A stretch of DNA of 64,000 nucleotides from Erysipelotrichaceae bacterium. GTDB taxonomy: Bacteria; Bacillota_I; Bacilli_A; Erysipelotrichales; Erysipelotrichaceae. Below the pieces are notes generated by a model. That model ran no database searches and was not told the DNA's origin. It saw only the letters and a program-made list of their open reading frames with translations. The DNA lies in assembly GCA_017454765.1 (NCBI GenBank), contig JAFTCJ010000017.1, positions 569-64,568 on the forward strand. Reading direction: 5' to 3'. The position numbers and the translations under genes are program-made. Positions 47,648 through 56,945 of this stretch are shown here, piece after piece. Each line of letters begins with the position of its first letter. Position 1 is the first letter of the stretch.

Positions 47648-48586
47648 ATGGCAAAAATGAAAATGATCATCGACTGCGATACCGGTGTCGATGACGCTCT
47701 GGCGATTTCCTATATCCTTTCCAATCCCGACATCGATTTTCTGGGTGTCACAACGACCTTCGGCAACGTTGCTGTCGATGTTTCCGTCAGAAACTCATTG
47801 CTGATAACAGAGAATTATAAGAAAGATATCAGAGTGTTCCGCGGTGCACAGCACGGCTGGAATACAGACGAATTCATCAGATGTCACGACGAAGACAACG
47901 TCCACGGAAAGAACGGGATCGGCGATGTCGATCTGGGAGAGCCCAAGGGCAAGGTGCAGGAACAGTCCGCTGTCGACTTCATCCTGGAATCAGCTGAAAA
48001 ATACGGAAAGGATCTGCATCTGGTCTTTGTCGGACCGCTGGTCAACTTCGCGGAATGCATCAAAAAGAACGAAGAACTCATGTGCAATGTCGGCGACATC
48101 ACTATCATGGGCGGAGCACTGACGGTACAGGGCAACAGAAACATTTACGGCGAAGCCAATATCGCCGAAGATCCTGTCTCGGCAAAATACGTCTTTGACA
48201 GCAAGGTCCACTTCAACATCGTTCCTCTGGATGCGACACTCAAGACCTTATTCAAGGTATCCGATATCAGACACTGGAAAGATATGAATGAAGCCGGAAA
48301 AAACATCTACGAGATCGCCCGCTTCTACTATGTCCATGAGCTGCAGGATGAAAACATCGGCGGTGCCATGCACGACCCGCTGGCAGCTTTTGCCAGTTAT
48401 GATCCTTCGATCATCACCAACTGGTTTGCATGCAACCTCACCGTAGAAGACACAGGCAGGATGATCGGTACCTTCGAACAGCTCAACCTCAAAGAAAAGA
48501 GACACAGAGTGGCTCTCGATGTCGATACGAAACGCTTCACTGAGACATACATTTCGCTGATGGATGAGCTCATCAGAAACAGCTGA
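47648..48586 (+). CDS. nucleoside hydrolase (IU-NH family)
   Basis: N-terminal IIDCDTGVDDALAI (DxDxxxDD Ca-binding motif); 312 aa. Confidence 0.88.
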   Translation: MAKMKMIIDCDTGVDDALAISYILSNPDIDFLGVTTTFGNVAVDVSVRNSLLITENYKKDIRVFRGAQHGWNTDEFIRCHDEDNVHGKNGIGDVDLGEPKGKVQEQSAVDFILESAEKYGKDLHLVFVGPLVNFAECIKKNEELMCNVGDITIMGGALTVQGNRNIYGEANIAEDPVSAKYVFDSKVHFNIVPLDATLKTLFKVSDIRHWKDMNEAGKNIYEIARFYYVHELQDENIGGAMHDPLAAFASYDPSIITNWFACNLTVEDTGRMIGTFEQLNLKEKRHRVALDVDTKRFTETYISLMDELIRNS

Positions 48587-48592
48587 ACACAA

Positions 48593-48639
48593 AAAAACGA
48601 TTTCCGATGCAGAACAGTTCTGTAAAAGAAATCGTTTTT
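48593..48639. terminator. bidirectional terminator between convergent genes
   Basis: AAAAACGATTTC ... GAAATCGTTTTT with an inner CAGAA-CAG-TTCTG hairpin. An A-run and a T-run flank it. Confidence 0.6.
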
Positions 48640-49504
48640 AAATCCTCGGTTCGAAGGTGAAACCTTCACCGTTGACGTCCTTGGCCTCCGATATGATGAC
48701 AAAGGCCGTTGGATCATATTTATCGATGATCTGTTTGACATCGTTGTACTGATCTTCGGATACGATGACCAGCAGCATCTTCTTTTCGTTGCCGGTATAG
48801 CCGCCGGTCACATCCAGGACGGTCGAACCTCTCTTCAGGATCTCATGGATGTCTTTGGCGATCAGGTCATACTTGTCAGAAATGATCTCAAACTTCTTGG
48901 CCTCCACACCGCCGTAGATGTTCATCGTATAGTTGATGGCGATCGTCGTCAGGAACACGGATACCAGACCGATCAGCACGCTGTTCAATCCGTAGATATA
49001 AAGACCGGCCAGTACCGTCAGGGCATCCATCATCATGATGACATCGGATACCTTGATATGAAAATACTTCTCAAGGATCAGGGCGATCGCATCCGTTCCT
49101 CCCGATGATCCGCCGTTTCTGAACATGATGCCCATTGATACACCGCCGATCAGACCGCCGTACAGACTCGCCAGGAAGGGATCGACCGGTTCGATATCGG
49201 GCATGACCCTTGTCACAAACAGAAGCCAGAAGGGATAGGAAACAGAATAGACCAGTGTATTGGTGAAGAACTCCTTTCCCAGAAAGACACTGCCCAGTAC
49301 AAACAGAGACGTATTCAGGATGATGGTCATATAGTCTTCGGAAACAGAGATGAAAGGTGCCAGCAAAGAAGTGATGCCGGCTACGCCTCCGGTCAGGATC
49401 TTGTCCGGCAGAATAAAAAGACCTACCGACAGAGCCATCAGCAGCGTCCCCACTTCTATCAGCAGTATGCTTGTGATCTTCTTGAATACTTTTTTATAAT
49501 CCAT
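48638..49504 (-). CDS. YitT-family membrane protein (DUF2179)
   Basis: ORF 48638..49513 starts at a TTG. ATG 49502-49504 (MDYKKVF) is preferred. It has SSGGTDAIA and a C-terminal DUF2179-like domain. Confidence 0.8.
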   Translation of the reverse strand: MDYKKVFKKITSILLIEVGTLLMALSVGLFILPDKILTGGVAGITSLLAPFISVSEDYMTIILNTSLFVLGSVFLGKEFFTNTLVYSVSYPFWLLFVTRVMPDIEPVDPFLASLYGGLIGGVSMGIMFRNGGSSGGTDAIALILEKYFHIKVSDVIMMMDALTVLAGLYIYGLNSVLIGLVSVFLTTIAINYTMNIYGGVEAKKFEIISDKYDLIAKDIHEILKRGSTVLDVTGGYTGNEKKMLLVIVSEDQYNDVKQIIDKYDPTAFVIISEAKDVNGEGFTFEPRI

Positions 49505-49568
49505 GATAAACAACAGAATTATACCATAGCCTTTGTACTATAATAAGAATAAATAAGGGGGATCAATC

Positions 49569-49976
49569 ATGAAAAAATTCCTGGAAGAATTCAAAGATTT
49601 CGCATTGAAAGGCAATGTGATGGACATGGCTGTCGGTGTCATCATCGGCGGTGCCTTCTCATCCATCGTATCAGCACTGACTGACAACATCCTCAACCCG
49701 ATCATCTCCTGCTTCGGCGGTACCGAAGTCGGTCTGGTCACACCTTTGGGAAATACGGGACAGGTCATTGACTGGGGTGCCTTCATCTCCGCTGTCATCA
49801 ACTTCCTCATCCTGGCACTGGTGCTCTTCCTCATCCTCAAGGCCATCAACAAGATGACGAGCCTGGTCAAGAAAGAAGAAGAGGCTGAGCCGGAAGCTGA
49901 ACCCGAACCCAGCGAGGAAGTCAAACTGCTTACTTCGATCGCGGAAGAACTGAAGAAACTCAACAAGAAGAAATAA
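49569..49976 (+). CDS. mscL: large-conductance mechanosensitive channel
   Basis: MKKFLEEFKDFALKGNVMDMAVGVIIGGAF is the canonical MscL N-terminus. The RBS is AAGGGGG. Confidence 0.93.
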   Translation: MKKFLEEFKDFALKGNVMDMAVGVIIGGAFSSIVSALTDNILNPIISCFGGTEVGLVTPLGNTGQVIDWGAFISAVINFLILALVLFLILKAINKMTSLVKKEEEAEPEAEPEPSEEVKLLTSIAEELKKLNKKK

Positions 49977-49981
49977 GACAT

Positions 49982-50005
49982 AAGCACGGCATCCCGTGCT
50001 TTTTT
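49982..50005 (+). terminator. terminator after mscL
   Basis: AAGCACGG-CATC-CCGTGCTT followed by TTTT. Confidence 0.75.
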
Positions 50006-50011
50006 AAAAAC

Positions 50012-50767
50012 ATGAACATCGATTTCAAAGGAAAAACAGTGCTCATCACCGGAGCTGCCTCCGGAGCCGGAACAAAGATCCTGGATCAGTTCGCGAAGTG
50101 CGGTGCGGACATCGCTTTCACATACCTTCACAGTGATCCAAACACAATCATTGAACAATATCCCGATCTGAAGATCAGAGGCTATCGTTTCGACCAGAAA
50201 GACATTTCATCGATCCCTGCTTTGCTCAGAGAGATCATTGAAGATTTTTCACGCATCGATGTCCTGGTCAACAACGCCGGCATCTATCCGGCCAAAGCGC
50301 TCGATGATATCTCTGAAGAAGATTTTGATGAGATGATGGATACCAACAACAAAGGCGTCTTCTTCTTAAGCAGGGAAGTATCAAAGCATATGGCAGAAGG
50401 GGCCATCATCAACATCTCCTCCATCAATGCGTACAATCCTGCATCCAAACTCATCCACTACGGTATCTCCAAGGCAGCCGTCGAGATGCAGACGAGATGC
50501 CTGGCTTATGAACTGGGACCGAAGATCCGTGTCAACTGCATCGCTCCCGGTCTGATCTGCAAGAAAGGACAGGAGCAGTTCATCCCCGGATGGGTGGAAA
50601 GCTACAGCGAGAGGGCGGCCTTGCACAGGATTGTCAAAGCGGAAGAGATCGGAACGACTGCGCTGTTTCTGGCAAGCGATCTCTCCTCTGCCATCACCGG
50701 CCAGATCATCACCGTCGACTGCGGTGTTTCCCTGGCTCCTTACTTCGACAATTCCCTGGAGGACTGA
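50012..50767 (+). CDS. SDR-family oxidoreductase
   Basis: TGAASGAG loop, NNAG and the YGISK catalytic motif; 251 aa. Confidence 0.8.
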   Translation: MNIDFKGKTVLITGAASGAGTKILDQFAKCGADIAFTYLHSDPNTIIEQYPDLKIRGYRFDQKDISSIPALLREIIEDFSRIDVLVNNAGIYPAKALDDISEEDFDEMMDTNNKGVFFLSREVSKHMAEGAIINISSINAYNPASKLIHYGISKAAVEMQTRCLAYELGPKIRVNCIAPGLICKKGQEQFIPGWVESYSERAALHRIVKAEEIGTTALFLASDLSSAITGQIITVDCGVSLAPYFDNSLED

Positions 50768-50768
50768 G

Positions 50769-51218
50769 ATGACAAAGCAAGAGATCATCAGAAAACTGGA
50801 TCTTGTCCCCCTCAGGGAAGAAGGCGGATATGTGAAGGAATTATACAGAGGAAAAGATGACTGCTACGGCACGATCTATTATCTTCTGACACCCGATACC
50901 TTCTCGCGCATGCACGCTCTGAAACATGACGAGATCTGGTACTACCATGACGGACCGGCACTGGAGATGCTGCTGGTATATGAGGATCATGACGAGATCA
51001 GATATCTGGGAAAAGATATCTCAAACAGTGAAGAACCTCAGATCAGGGTTCCTGCAGGTACCTTCATGGGAGCTGTGCAGAAAGAAAAAGGAGACTATAC
51101 ACTTGTCTCCACTTCCATGACACCGGCCTATGATCCCGATGAATTTCAGAGCGCAACCTATGAAGATCTGAAAGAAAGATGCACACACAGGGATCTCCTG
51201 AAAAAACTGACAGAATGA
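50769..51218 (+). CDS. cupin-fold protein (DUF985 type)
   Basis: Preferred start is MTKQEIIRKLDLVPLREEGGYVKELYR (ATG 50769, RBS GGAGGA inside the SDR gene end). It has the pattern typical of DUF985 cupins. Confidence 0.7.
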   Translation: MTKQEIIRKLDLVPLREEGGYVKELYRGKDDCYGTIYYLLTPDTFSRMHALKHDEIWYYHDGPALEMLLVYEDHDEIRYLGKDISNSEEPQIRVPAGTFMGAVQKEKGDYTLVSTSMTPAYDPDEFQSATYEDLKERCTHRDLLKKLTE

Positions 51219-51242
51219 AAACAACCGCTCAGGTTGTTTTTC
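51217..51242. terminator. bidirectional terminator between the cupin gene and the Hsp70 gene
   Basis: AAAACAACC-GCTCA-GGTTGTTTT. Confidence 0.65.
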
Positions 51243-52949
51243 TTATGCGATAAAGTGATCATCCTTTCCGGTCTCAATCTCATCAAGAAGCTCTGTGAGC
51301 TTCTTTTTGGCGATCTCGATCTTCAGGATATTCTTTTCATCAAGTGCTTCCTGTAAGGCTACGACATGTCTCTCGATGTCTTCCCTGTCATCAGAAAGAG
51401 ATTCCTCATAGACCCTGTCCGCCCTTAACATCACCAGCATGTTTTCCTCATCCTCACGCGGATTGAACTTGAGATATTCCAGTCTTTTGAGACGGCTTGC
51501 CTTCTCACTTTCGCTCTCCTCGTGTTCCTCGTCGTGAATGACGACTTTTTTATTGACTCCGGTGGATAATACTTTTACCTCTGCTTCCAGCAGCGCATCG
51601 ATGTCATAGGTGTAAGTCACCTCGATCGCTTCCTTTCCTTTGGGACCGATCGGTACTTCGACAGTCAGTTCACCCAAAAAGAGATTGTTGGCGGCAATGC
51701 GGCTTTCTCCCTGCAGGATCTTGATGGTGACATACTGCTGATTGTCTCTCGCCGTATAGACGGTCTGTTTCCGGCTGACCGGGATGACGGTGTTGCGTTC
51801 GATGATCGGCAGATAGACACCGGGTATTTCAAAGGAACCGTTGTCCCTGACGACTTCCGTTCCCAGGGTGAAGGGACACACATCGGTGAGGATGACTTCC
51901 TCGATCTGCGCATCCCGCTCCTTCATTGCGCACTGAAGTGCTGCACCCAGAACGACCGACTGTTCCGGTTCTCTGATCGAAACAGGATCGATGCCGCAGA
52001 TCCTTTTGACATAGTCTTTGACGATCGGCAGTCTGGTCGCTCCTCCTGTCAGCAGGATCTCATCGAGATCATCGAGCGTGATCCTGGCATCACTGAGGGC
52101 TTTCTCGATCGGTTTCCTCAGTTTTTCCAGAAGCGGTGCACAGCGTTTTTCATATTCGCTCAGCTGGAAGTTTTCCGTGTATTTCTTTCCGCCGACAGTC
52201 ACATTCATGATGGCTGCATCGCTTTCGGCAAAACTGCACTTGCACAGTTCAGCTGCCTTGAGGATATATTTGAGATCGCGGAAACTGATCAGTTCCCTGT
52301 CCAATCCCGTTCTTTCCATGAACATCTCAAACAGGACTTCCGTGAAATCCTCGCCGCCCAGAAAATTATCTCCGGCGATCGCATAGACTTCCATGATGTT
52401 CTTATAATATTCCAGCACTGTCACATCAAAAGTTCCGCCGCCCAGGTCAAAGACCAGACAGCGTTCGCTCTTTCCCTTTTCGCCGATGCCGTAAGCGATC
52501 GCGGAAGCGGTCGGTTCGTTGATGATACGGCTGACTTTCAGTCCGGCAAGTTCACCGGCCCTGACAGTCGCTTTCCTCTGTTTGTCGTTGAAATAGGCAG
52601 GAACGGAAATGATGGCTTCATCCACTTTCTCTTTGAGAAATTCTTCGGCATCTTCTTTCAGGGAACGCAGCACAAAAGAAGACAGCTCTTCCGCGCTGAA
52701 GCTGTGCTGTGCCAGGTCGAAGATCTTTGAAGTACCCATCGCCCGCTTGAAAACGGATGCCGTCCTCTCCGGATGCAGGATACCGTATTCCTTCGCTGTC
52801 TCGCCGACCAGGACATGATCGTTCTCATCGATACTGACGATCGAAGGTGTGATCTTCTTTCCCAGACGGTTGACGATGATCTGAACCTCTCCGTCTCTGT
52901 AACAGGCGGCCAGCGAATTTGTCGTTCCCAGATCGATGCCTATCAGCAT
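51243..52949 (-). CDS. non-canonical Hsp70 (HscC-like, short lid)
   Basis: 568 aa. Contains IGIDLGTTNS, DLGGGTFDV, LTGGATRLP and a beta-sandwich SBD, but only about 90 aa of C-terminal helices. Its start overlaps the upstream J-protein stop by 7 nt. Confidence 0.88.
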   Translation of the reverse strand: MLIGIDLGTTNSLAACYRDGEVQIIVNRLGKKITPSIVSIDENDHVLVGETAKEYGILHPERTASVFKRAMGTSKIFDLAQHSFSAEELSSFVLRSLKEDAEEFLKEKVDEAIISVPAYFNDKQRKATVRAGELAGLKVSRIINEPTASAIAYGIGEKGKSERCLVFDLGGGTFDVTVLEYYKNIMEVYAIAGDNFLGGEDFTEVLFEMFMERTGLDRELISFRDLKYILKAAELCKCSFAESDAAIMNVTVGGKKYTENFQLSEYEKRCAPLLEKLRKPIEKALSDARITLDDLDEILLTGGATRLPIVKDYVKRICGIDPVSIREPEQSVVLGAALQCAMKERDAQIEEVILTDVCPFTLGTEVVRDNGSFEIPGVYLPIIERNTVIPVSRKQTVYTARDNQQYVTIKILQGESRIAANNLFLGELTVEVPIGPKGKEAIEVTYTYDIDALLEAEVKVLSTGVNKKVVIHDEEHEESESEKASRLKRLEYLKFNPREDEENMLVMLRADRVYEESLSDDREDIERHVVALQEALDEKNILKIEIAKKKLTELLDEIETGKDDHFIA

Positions 52950-55900
52950 TTCCCTTTTCCTTTCTTTTCCAGTCTGCTTGAAGTGACGACGAAGTCTTCC
53001 TCATCAGGCCACTTTTCATGTCCTTCTCTTGCCATGGAAAGTGCTTTTTCCTCATCACCGAAGATCTCGGCCACTTCCATTTCAAAGGCATCAAGATCCT
53101 TGCAGCTGCAGTACTGACAATGGTCGCACAGCGGCATCTTCCTGACCTTTTCAGCCAGTTCCTCGGCCTCTTTCTTTCTGCCCAACAGCGCCAGCAGGCG
53201 GACCTTTCTGGTCAGATACAGGGTCGTACTCAGAGAATACTCCTGCAGCTGTTTCTCCGCTTCATCCAGACCCATCTGTGCGTATTCCTTCTGTTTCTCT
53301 TCGTCTTTCTGATGGAAAGCGCAGTAGGAAAGATGTCCGGCGACCTGACTGATGTCGCTGTAGGTCTCTCCGTCCTTGGGATGCAGCCACTTGTTCAGAT
53401 GCTTCTCTTCTTTTTCAAAGTCCTCTTCTTCAAGCGCCAGCAGATGAGCCAGGACCAGGCAGCGGAAATCATCGATCAGTCCGCTGTGGCTGTTTAAGAT
53501 CTGTCTGGCTTTCCTGAAGTTTCCTTTCTGGATATTGAGCGTGGTCAGGGCATCATAATAATCGCCGTTCCATTCCCAGCCCCAGAGACATTTCTCTGCT
53601 TCCTTATACATGCCGAACTGCAGATAGATCTCGAAGATCTTCTTCTTGGCAGGATACTTGTATTTTTTCTCAATGGTCTTGAGTACTTCGATCGCTCCTT
53701 CAGGATCTTTCATCCTGCGTAAGATCTGCACCTTTTTCAGATAATAACGGGAGACGTCGTCCTTGCGGTCTTTGACCAGATCAAGAAGCTGATCGATCTT
53801 CTCGAGCGCTTTATTCAGATCGTTCTTCATCTGATAGACACCGCTTAAGCGCAGATAAGGATCGATCGAATCAGGTTCCTTTTCCTCCAGGATCAGGAAG
53901 TGATGTTCCGCTTCATCCAGATGCCCCATGAACATCTCGCACATGCCGATGTAGAAATGCGCACCGGCATCATAGCCTCTGTCCAGAGCCTTCAGGTAAT
54001 GATCCCTGCTTTCCTTTGCCTTGTGTTCCAGATCCTGATAATACAGATAGCCGATCTGGGAATCGATGTAGGCGGAATGATTCTCATCCTTTTCCAGATC
54101 CAGATAGATCTTCAGGGATTCATCATACTTTCTGTCTTTCATCAGAAGCCAGCCCTTGTATTCCAGCAGGTCCTTGTTTGTATCGCGGAAAGAGAGACCT
54201 TTTTCACACAGTTCCATCATCTGATCACGGTCTTTCTTCTCGTTGCCGTTGAGCGTTTCTCCTTCGATGCACAGGATATGGTAATAAAGATCATCGGAGA
54301 ATTCGTAGTTGTTTTCAAATCCTTCCATCTTTTCAGCGGACTTCTGATAGTACTCTTTCGCTTTTTCCTTATCGTTATCTTTGCGCTCACAAAGCAGACC
54401 CTTTACATAAAGAACGGATGCGTCGTCTTCCAGCCCGCAGGAATCAAGATAATCGATCAGCGATTTTGCCTCATCAAAAGCATCGTTGCGGATCAGGATC
54501 CTGATCTTCAGGATGAAGAAGCCCAGGTCACTGCTGTCCATCTCGATGGCTCTGGAGATCGCATTGTAGGCGTCCTGATCGTTATGACGGTAGAAACACG
54601 CATAACCCAGCAGGGCATATCCGTAAGCGGAATCCGGCTTTTCCCTGATCAGCCTCTCGGCATATTCCTGGGCCTTTTCATGATCCTCTTTCATCAGCGC
54701 CATCTGTGTCATCGAAGTCAGGATCTGTGCCTTGTTTTCCGAGACTTCCAGCGCCTTGTCGTAAGCCTTCATCATGGCGTCGTCATCTTTCAGCATGTGA
54801 TAGAAATAAGCCATGCGTCCGTACATCTCGCCTTTTCTCTTTTTGCGTCTGATATTCTTTTCGCAGTCTTCGGGCAGTTCATCGATCGCTTCGATCACCT
54901 TTTCCAAAGCTTCGATCCCTTTCTCATAATCCTGCGAAGAATAGGTCAGTGTCGAAAGCAGATTGTAATAGTCAAAATCAGTGGTCTTTTCCCTGTCGAT
55001 CGTATCAAAGACGGCGATCGCTTCTTCGCCTCTGTCGTTTTCGATGTATGCCCAGCACAGATCGAGCTTGGCCTGATTGTCATCGGGATCTTCTTCGATG
55101 ATCTTCTTCTTGCGTTCGATGATGTAAGGATTGATCTTCCTTCTTCTTTCGTTGAGATCGTTCAGCACTCTTGAATCGCCTTCCGCCATCGACATCATCT
55201 CATTGATCTCTTTCATGGCCTCATCGTATTTTTCCTGTGCCTCCAGAACGTCCGCATAAAGATAGCGCAGTCTCATGACATCCTTGTGCTTTTCCATCTG
55301 CCTGCTGCAGACTTCTTCCGCCTTTGCGTGATCGCCGGCATAGGCATATTCCCTCGCCAGCATCAGCGCCAGATTCAGATCATCTTCATACTGTTCGCAG
55401 ATCTTTTTAAGGTCTTCAATATACTTTGGATCCTCAAAGCGGATCTTCCAGCAGCAGATCAGAGCGTCCCCATAGGGATGGGATTCTTTACGCTCTTCCA
55501 GTTGTCTGACCTGATCGACAGAAGATTCCTCCATCTTCAGATCCAGATAGCTGTCCAGATACTTCTGACACTCTTCACCGTCTTCTCCGGGAATGAAGAG
55601 TTCCATCGGCAGGATATCCGGATACAGGATGCCGTTGATGATGACACGGTCGATGAATTCCCGCGGATATTTTTCATAAAGTTCTTCTTTTCTCTCCAGG
55701 AACGAGAAATGTTTTTCCATGCACAGCCAGACACTGTGACCGATGAAATAATGATCCATCAGATAATGCAGGAGTTCGTCTTCGATCCGCATGTGGCCGG
55801 AAACGCTCTCCATGATTTCCCCGGAGAACAGTTCTTCCCAGGATCCGACCTGTTTGCGTTTTGAAAAATCATCATAGACATCCTGCAGATCCTTCAGCCA

Positions 55901-56116
55901 TTCATCGACACCGCTGTCCTGTCCTTCGCTTTCTTCCGGTCTTTTCGCATAGGCCAATGCCTCTTCATAGGCGTTTCTGAGCTGTTTGAATTCTTCCGGT
56001 TTGTCTTCGGGATTGGTATCTGAAAGCTTCTCACGGTAAGCCTGCGTGATCGCTTTTTCGTCTTTTGTCTGTTCGATCCCCAGGATCTCCCATATCGTAT
56101 TTTCTTTCTTTTCCAT
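52943..56116 (-). CDS. J-domain (HPD replaced by NPE) + long TPR-repeat protein with Cys-rich C-terminus
   Basis: ORF 52943..56128; ATG 56114-56116 (MEKKEN) has the better GGAAGAG RBS. The J-like N-terminus is IWEILGIEQTKDEKAITQAYREKLSDTNPEDKPEEFKQLRNAYEEAL. It is followed by about 900 aa of TPR-like helical repeats and CDHCQYCSC near the end. Confidence 0.8.
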   Translation of the reverse strand: MEKKENTIWEILGIEQTKDEKAITQAYREKLSDTNPEDKPEEFKQLRNAYEEALAYAKRPEESEGQDSGVDEWLKDLQDVYDDFSKRKQVGSWEELFSGEIMESVSGHMRIEDELLHYLMDHYFIGHSVWLCMEKHFSFLERKEELYEKYPREFIDRVIINGILYPDILPMELFIPGEDGEECQKYLDSYLDLKMEESSVDQVRQLEERKESHPYGDALICCWKIRFEDPKYIEDLKKICEQYEDDLNLALMLAREYAYAGDHAKAEEVCSRQMEKHKDVMRLRYLYADVLEAQEKYDEAMKEINEMMSMAEGDSRVLNDLNERRRKINPYIIERKKKIIEEDPDDNQAKLDLCWAYIENDRGEEAIAVFDTIDREKTTDFDYYNLLSTLTYSSQDYEKGIEALEKVIEAIDELPEDCEKNIRRKKRKGEMYGRMAYFYHMLKDDDAMMKAYDKALEVSENKAQILTSMTQMALMKEDHEKAQEYAERLIREKPDSAYGYALLGYACFYRHNDQDAYNAISRAIEMDSSDLGFFILKIRILIRNDAFDEAKSLIDYLDSCGLEDDASVLYVKGLLCERKDNDKEKAKEYYQKSAEKMEGFENNYEFSDDLYYHILCIEGETLNGNEKKDRDQMMELCEKGLSFRDTNKDLLEYKGWLLMKDRKYDESLKIYLDLEKDENHSAYIDSQIGYLYYQDLEHKAKESRDHYLKALDRGYDAGAHFYIGMCEMFMGHLDEAEHHFLILEEKEPDSIDPYLRLSGVYQMKNDLNKALEKIDQLLDLVKDRKDDVSRYYLKKVQILRRMKDPEGAIEVLKTIEKKYKYPAKKKIFEIYLQFGMYKEAEKCLWGWEWNGDYYDALTTLNIQKGNFRKARQILNSHSGLIDDFRCLVLAHLLALEEEDFEKEEKHLNKWLHPKDGETYSDISQVAGHLSYCAFHQKDEEKQKEYAQMGLDEAEKQLQEYSLSTTLYLTRKVRLLALLGRKKEAEELAEKVRKMPLCDHCQYCSCKDLDAFEMEVAEIFGDEEKALSMAREGHEKWPDEEDFVVTSSRLEKKGKGKC

Positions 56117-56139
56117 AGTCTCTTCCATTATAAAACAGC

Positions 56140-56286
56140 TTACTGATTGTTTTGTCTGTTGATTTCCTGAAATCTGAAAAAGGCAAGATGTTCTTGCTCT
56201 TCTTCATATTCTTCTATTTTCTCAAGTGCTTCTTCTTCCGTATAACCCTGTTCCAGAAGATCGGTAAGCATCTCTTCTTTATTCAT
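56140..56286 (-). CDS. possible 48-aa acidic helical peptide (below the ORF-track threshold)
   Basis: My translation is MNKEEMLTDLLEQGYTEEEALEKIEEYEEEQEHLAFFRFQEINRQNNQ*. It lies between the xpt stop and the J-protein start on the same strand. The RBS is weak. Confidence 0.3.
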   Translation of the reverse strand: MNKEEMLTDLLEQGYTEEEALEKIEEYEEEQEHLAFFRFQEINRQNNQ

Positions 56287-56300
56287 CTTTTTTAAGGTTC

Positions 56301-56876
56301 TTATTCGAATTCGATCGTACCGTCATCGTGCATTGCCTTGACCCTGGCAAGCACTTCAACGTCATGCCCCAGATCCCTGATCCTCTTTTCTCCGGGCTGA
56401 TAGGTCTTGCCGACAACGGAACCGCAGCCGACGATCTTTGCACCTGCCTGATTGCAGATCTCGATCAGTGAGTTCATGGCTTCTCCGTTTGCCAGAAAGT
56501 CATCCAGGATCAGGACCCTGTCATTCTCATTGAGATACTCTTTTGCGACCTGTACGGTATATTCGATGTTTCTGGTATAGGAATGTTCCTTGGCTTCGTA
56601 GACGTCCTTGGCCATGTTTGCGGCAACGGTCTTCTTCGCAAAGACGACCGGAATATAGCCGAAACACCTGGAAGCCTCGGCAGCGATCGCGATCCCGCTG
56701 GATTCGATCGTCAGGATCTTGCTGGGGTCTCTGTCCTTGAAAAGAGAATAAAACTCTTTTCCGATCTCTTCCATCAGTTTCACATCGATCTGATGGTTGA
56801 GAAAACTGTCGATCTTCAGGATGTCTCCGGGCAATACTTTTCCGTCCCTGCGGATGCGTTCTTCCAATAATCTCAT
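56301..56876 (-). CDS. xpt: xanthine phosphoribosyltransferase
   Basis: 191 aa. Contains MRLLEERIRRDGKVLPGDILKIDSFLNHQID and the PRPP loop VLILDDFLANG. Confidence 0.92.
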   Translation of the reverse strand: MRLLEERIRRDGKVLPGDILKIDSFLNHQIDVKLMEEIGKEFYSLFKDRDPSKILTIESSGIAIAAEASRCFGYIPVVFAKKTVAANMAKDVYEAKEHSYTRNIEYTVQVAKEYLNENDRVLILDDFLANGEAMNSLIEICNQAGAKIVGCGSVVGKTYQPGEKRIRDLGHDVEVLARVKAMHDDGTIEFE

Positions 56877-56945
56877 ACTCTGCCTCCCGAATATACTCTT
56901 ACTCTATCACAAGAAGGCTTATAATGAGATAAGAAGGTGTTCATT

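Noticed and set aside
49538-50158. 206-aa minus-strand ORF spanning mscL and the start of the SDR gene
   Set aside because: It overlaps two well-supported plus-strand genes and a terminator. Its sequence is S-rich and low-complexity.
53900-55174. 424-aa plus-strand ORF, plus neighbours 53018..53497 and 55286..55864
   Set aside because: They are antisense to the J-domain/TPR gene. The sequences are repetitive (I/F/L/Q-rich) mirror images of the TPR codons, and there is no RBS or recognisable domain.
56877-56945. Expected purine riboswitch upstream of xpt
   Set aside because: The xpt/lipid-kinase intergenic region is only about 60-70 nt and lacks the conserved purine-aptamer junction sequences. 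There is no room for an aptamer plus expression platform.
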